The translations under genes were made by a program, and so were the position numbers. 64,000 nt of DNA, taken from positions 96,001-160,000 of the forward strand of contig OZ219918.1 of NCBI GenBank assembly GCA_964291415.2. Direction: 5' to 3'. This stretch comes from Alphaproteobacteria bacterium (GTDB lineage: Bacteria > Pseudomonadota > Alphaproteobacteria > SP197). The notes under the pieces were generated by a model. It saw nothing but the letters and a program-made list of their open reading frames with translations. It made no database searches and was not told the origin of the DNA. This document shows positions 61,389-64,000 of the stretch, piece by piece; position 1 is the stretch's first letter; each line of letters starts with the position of its first letter.

Positions 61389-61610
61389 TCAGGCCACGAG
61401 CGCGGGAATCTCGTCGTCTTCGGGGAAGCGGCCGAGGTCGAGCTTCGAGAACAGGACCTCATCTCCCCTGGTGATCTCGAAGGACCCGGTTCGTCCTCCA
61501 AAGATCTCGACGTCGCCTGCACCTGCACTGATGAGCTGATCCCTCGCACGGAGCGCTCGTGGCTCATAGTTTCAGGAGCGGCAGTATTCAATTCTGATCG
61601 CGTCACTCAT
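61389..61610 (-). CDS. Rdx (SelW/SelT/SelH) family selenoprotein with in-frame UGA at 61572-61574 (not in the ORF track)
   Basis: MSDAIRIEYCRS-U-NYEPRALRARDQL...GGRTGSFEITRGDEVLFSKLDLGRFPEDDEI; the I.IEYCxxU, G.FEI and FSK...GRFP motifs lie on both sides of the UGA. Confidence 0.88.
61531..61567 (-). promoter_or_regulatory. Candidate bacterial SECIS hairpin just 3' of the UGA
   Basis: AUGAGC/GCUCAU outer stem begins 4 nt after the UGA and encloses a CACG/CGUG or CUC/GAG inner stem. Confidence 0.5.
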
Positions 61611-61668
61611 GGGTCTTTCCCGTTCCGACGGCATCATCCTAGATCACTGTCGCCCGATGATCCAAGGG

Positions 61669-64000
61669 TCAGCCAAGGAGACGCTTGTTGTCGGGGTCGA
61701 ACGGCGCCTTCGGGGCAATGCGCGCCTGTCGCAGTTCGCCGAGAATCTCGACGCGGAGCGGCGATGCGGGGTCGATCCCGGGATCGAGATAAGCCAGCGC
61801 GATCGATTGTCCCACATGATGACCGAAGCCCCCCGAGGATACCGTTCCCACCACCTCGCCGTTCATCAGGACCGGCTCGTTTCCCCAGGCGTCGGCATCG
61901 TCGGCATCGACGAGGAGGGTCGCAAGCTGGTAGCGGGGCCCCTGGTTGTGCGCCTTGCGAAGCGCGTCACGGCCGATGAAGTCACCCTTGTCCATGGCAA
62001 CGAAGCGCCCGAGTCCCGCTTCGAAGGGCGTCGTGTCGGCGGTGAATTCCGCACCCCAGCGTCCGTAGCCCTTCTCGAGCCGCAGGGAATCGAGGGCCCT
62101 TGCTCCGCAGGGGATCAGGTCGAGATCCTTGCCCTCTGCCATGAGGGCGCCATGGAGGGACCGCAAGTCGTCGCGCCCCACGTGGATTTCGTATCCGAGA
62201 TCGCCCGTGAAGGCGATGCGCATGACGAAGGCCGGCAGACCGGCGATCTCCATGTCGCGCGCCGCCAGGAACGGGAATGCGGCATTCGAGACGTCCTCAT
62301 GCGCAAGGCGCCCGAGGAGTGTCCGGGCGTTGGGCCCGGCAATGGCAAAGCCGCCGTAGTCCGCGGTGACGCTTCGCAGTGTGACGTCGTGACGGGACAG
62401 GAAGTCCGCGAAGTGGCGCAGGTGGAAGGCCTCGGCAGCACCCGAGCCGACCAGCCAGAACGCCGTATCCGAAAGTCGCGTCACGGTGAAGTCGCCGATG
62501 ATCCCGCCGGCGGCATTGAGCATGGGCGCCAGGACCGTGCGTCCGTGCTTTCGCGGAAGCCGGCAGGTCAGCAGCTGATCGAGGAAGGCGGTCGCCTCCG
62601 GACCCTCGACCTCGTAGCGGGCGAAGCCGGTGATCTCGATCATGCCGACAGTCCGGCGCAGAGCCCGGCATTCACGGCCCACGGCGGTGAACCAGTTGGG
62701 CCGCCGGAAGGAGGGAATGTCGCGCGCCTCCTCTCCGGGATCGGCAAACCACAAGGAGCGCTCGAGACCGAAGGCGGCTCCGAAGACCGCGCCGCTCCGT
62801 GCCAGCAGGTCGTGCACCGGAGATGTCATCACCGGTCGTCCCGACTCGCGTTCCTCCTCCGGCCAGCCGATGGCGAACCGCTTCGAGTAGGTCTCTGCCG
62901 AGCGTGCCAGGACAAAGTTCCGGTCTGCCCAGTCGCCGAAGCGGGTGACATCGAGCGGCATCATGTCCAGCGGCGGCACGCCTTCGAGAATCCACTCGGC
63001 CAGTGCCCAGCCGACGCCGGCGCTCTGGGAGAATCCCGGGATCATGCCGGCGGCGACAAAGTGACCCTTCTTGCCCGGGACGGGACCGACGAGGGCCGCG
63101 CCGTCGGGCGACCACATCATCGGGCCATTGACGACCCGCTTCACCCCGGCGGATCCGAGGCAGGGAACGATGCCGATGGCAGCCTCCATGTTGGCGGAGA
63201 TGCGGTCGATGTCGTCGGGCAGGAGCTCCATGCCGAAGTCGTCCGGCGTGCCGTCAACGGCCCAGTGGACACCGTCGCGCTCATAGCAGCCGATCAGCAT
63301 GCCCTTGCCTTCCTGGCGCATGTAGAATTCGCTGTCCTGGTCGCGGGTCAGCGGGATTTCGCCGTCCACGGCGGCGACTTCGGCGATGTCGTCGGTGACG
63401 ACGTACTGGTGCTCCATGGGAACGAGCGGCAGCGTGTAGCCGGCCATGGCGGCGACCTCCCTCGCCCACAGTCCCGCGGCGTTGACGACCGTTTCGGCGA
63501 CGACCGTGCCCGCGGGCGTGGTGACGTCCCAGTCGCCGTCGCGGCGGCGCGTGAAGCCGGTCACCGGCGTGTTTCTCGCGATGACGCCGCCAGCCTGGCG
63601 CACGCCTTTGGCAAAGGCATGGGTCACGCCGGAAGGATCGACATGGCCGTCGGTCGCCCCCCACATGCCACCCAGAATCCGGCTGGTGTCGACCAGGGGA
63701 TTGAGCCTGCGGATGTCGTCGAGGCCGATGATCTCGAAGTCCTGGCCGAGATAGCGCGCCCGCGCCCGCTGGATCTTCAGTTCGTCGAGGCGGTCCGTGC
63801 TGGTGGCGAGATAGAGGCCGCCACAGCGATGCAGACCGCAGGACTGCCCGGTTTCCTCCTCGAGGCTGTCATAGAGCCTCAGCGAATAGTCCTGCAGGCG
63901 GGCCAGACTGGCGTTGGCGTGCATGGCATGGATGTTGGCGGCGGCATGCCATGTCGATCCCGCCGTCAGGTCGGCACGCTCGAGCAGCAGGACGTCACGG
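61669..64000 (-). CDS. GcvT-family FAD oxidoreductase (dimethylglycine dehydrogenase-like), 5'-truncated by the window
   Basis: LTAGSTWHAA, DGHVDP, NAAGLWA, FTGDLGYEI, SLRLEKGY..WG, PFDP.N.RL. Confidence 0.92.
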   Translation of the reverse strand, partial: RDVLLLERADLTAGSTWHAAANIHAMHANASLARLQDYSLRLYDSLEEETGQSCGLHRCGGLYLATSTDRLDELKIQRARARYLGQDFEIIGLDDIRRLNPLVDTSRILGGMWGATDGHVDPSGVTHAFAKGVRQAGGVIARNTPVTGFTRRRDGDWDVTTPAGTVVAETVVNAAGLWAREVAAMAGYTLPLVPMEHQYVVTDDIAEVAAVDGEIPLTRDQDSEFYMRQEGKGMLIGCYERDGVHWAVDGTPDDFGMELLPDDIDRISANMEAAIGIVPCLGSAGVKRVVNGPMMWSPDGAALVGPVPGKKGHFVAAGMIPGFSQSAGVGWALAEWILEGVPPLDMMPLDVTRFGDWADRNFVLARSAETYSKRFAIGWPEEERESGRPVMTSPVHDLLARSGAVFGAAFGLERSLWFADPGEEARDIPSFRRPNWFTAVGRECRALRRTVGMIEITGFARYEVEGPEATAFLDQLLTCRLPRKHGRTVLAPMLNAAGGIIGDFTVTRLSDTAFWLVGSGAAEAFHLRHFADFLSRHDVTLRSVTADYGGFAIAGPNARTLLGRLAHEDVSNAAFPFLAARDMEIAGLPAFVMRIAFTGDLGYEIHVGRDDLRSLHGALMAEGKDLDLIPCGARALDSLRLEKGYGRWGAEFTADTTPFEAGLGRFVAMDKGDFIGRDALRKAHNQGPRYQLATLLVDADDADAWGNEPVLMNGEVVGTVSSGGFGHHVGQSIALAYLDPGIDPASPLRVEILGELRQARIAPKAPFDPDNKRLLG

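Noticed and set aside
61346-61606. 86-aa Ser-rich ORF from the ORF track
   Set aside because: It is an alternative frame of the Rdx selenoprotein, which carries the real family motifs

Overview
This window looks like high-GC alphaproteobacterial (Rhodospirillales-like) chromosome, with a conserved backbone interrupted by accessory islets. The backbone holds ctaB/ctaG/coxC, phbB-phbA, a phaC-like gene with phaR, an omega-aminotransferase, mcm-meaB, rpmB, cobST, dnaJ-like/bolA, corC, aroB-aroK, xerD, mcl, accA and tRNA-Arg(ACG). There are three accessory regions. (i) An ~8 kb islet sits between the phaC-like gene and phbA and carries a divergent urocanase homolog, an IS630 remnant, two deaminase/amidohydrolases and two toxin-antitoxin (TA) pairs. 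(ii) A ~0.9 kb hicAB mini-island lies between tRNA-Arg and a copy of its 3' half. (iii) A 43-58 kb mosaic of duplicated, reciprocally decayed segments surrounds a TenA/amidohydrolase/SDR/ABC cluster and a broken sauST-like operon. The main find is absent from the ORF track: a 73-codon Rdx/SelW-family gene (61389-61610, minus strand) with a C-R-S-UGA (CxxU) motif and a downstream hairpin. It is probably a selenoprotein and sits between two flavin amine oxidoreductase genes. Four single-base frameshifts may be real or may be sequencing errors. All product calls come from motif recognition only; no database search was run.
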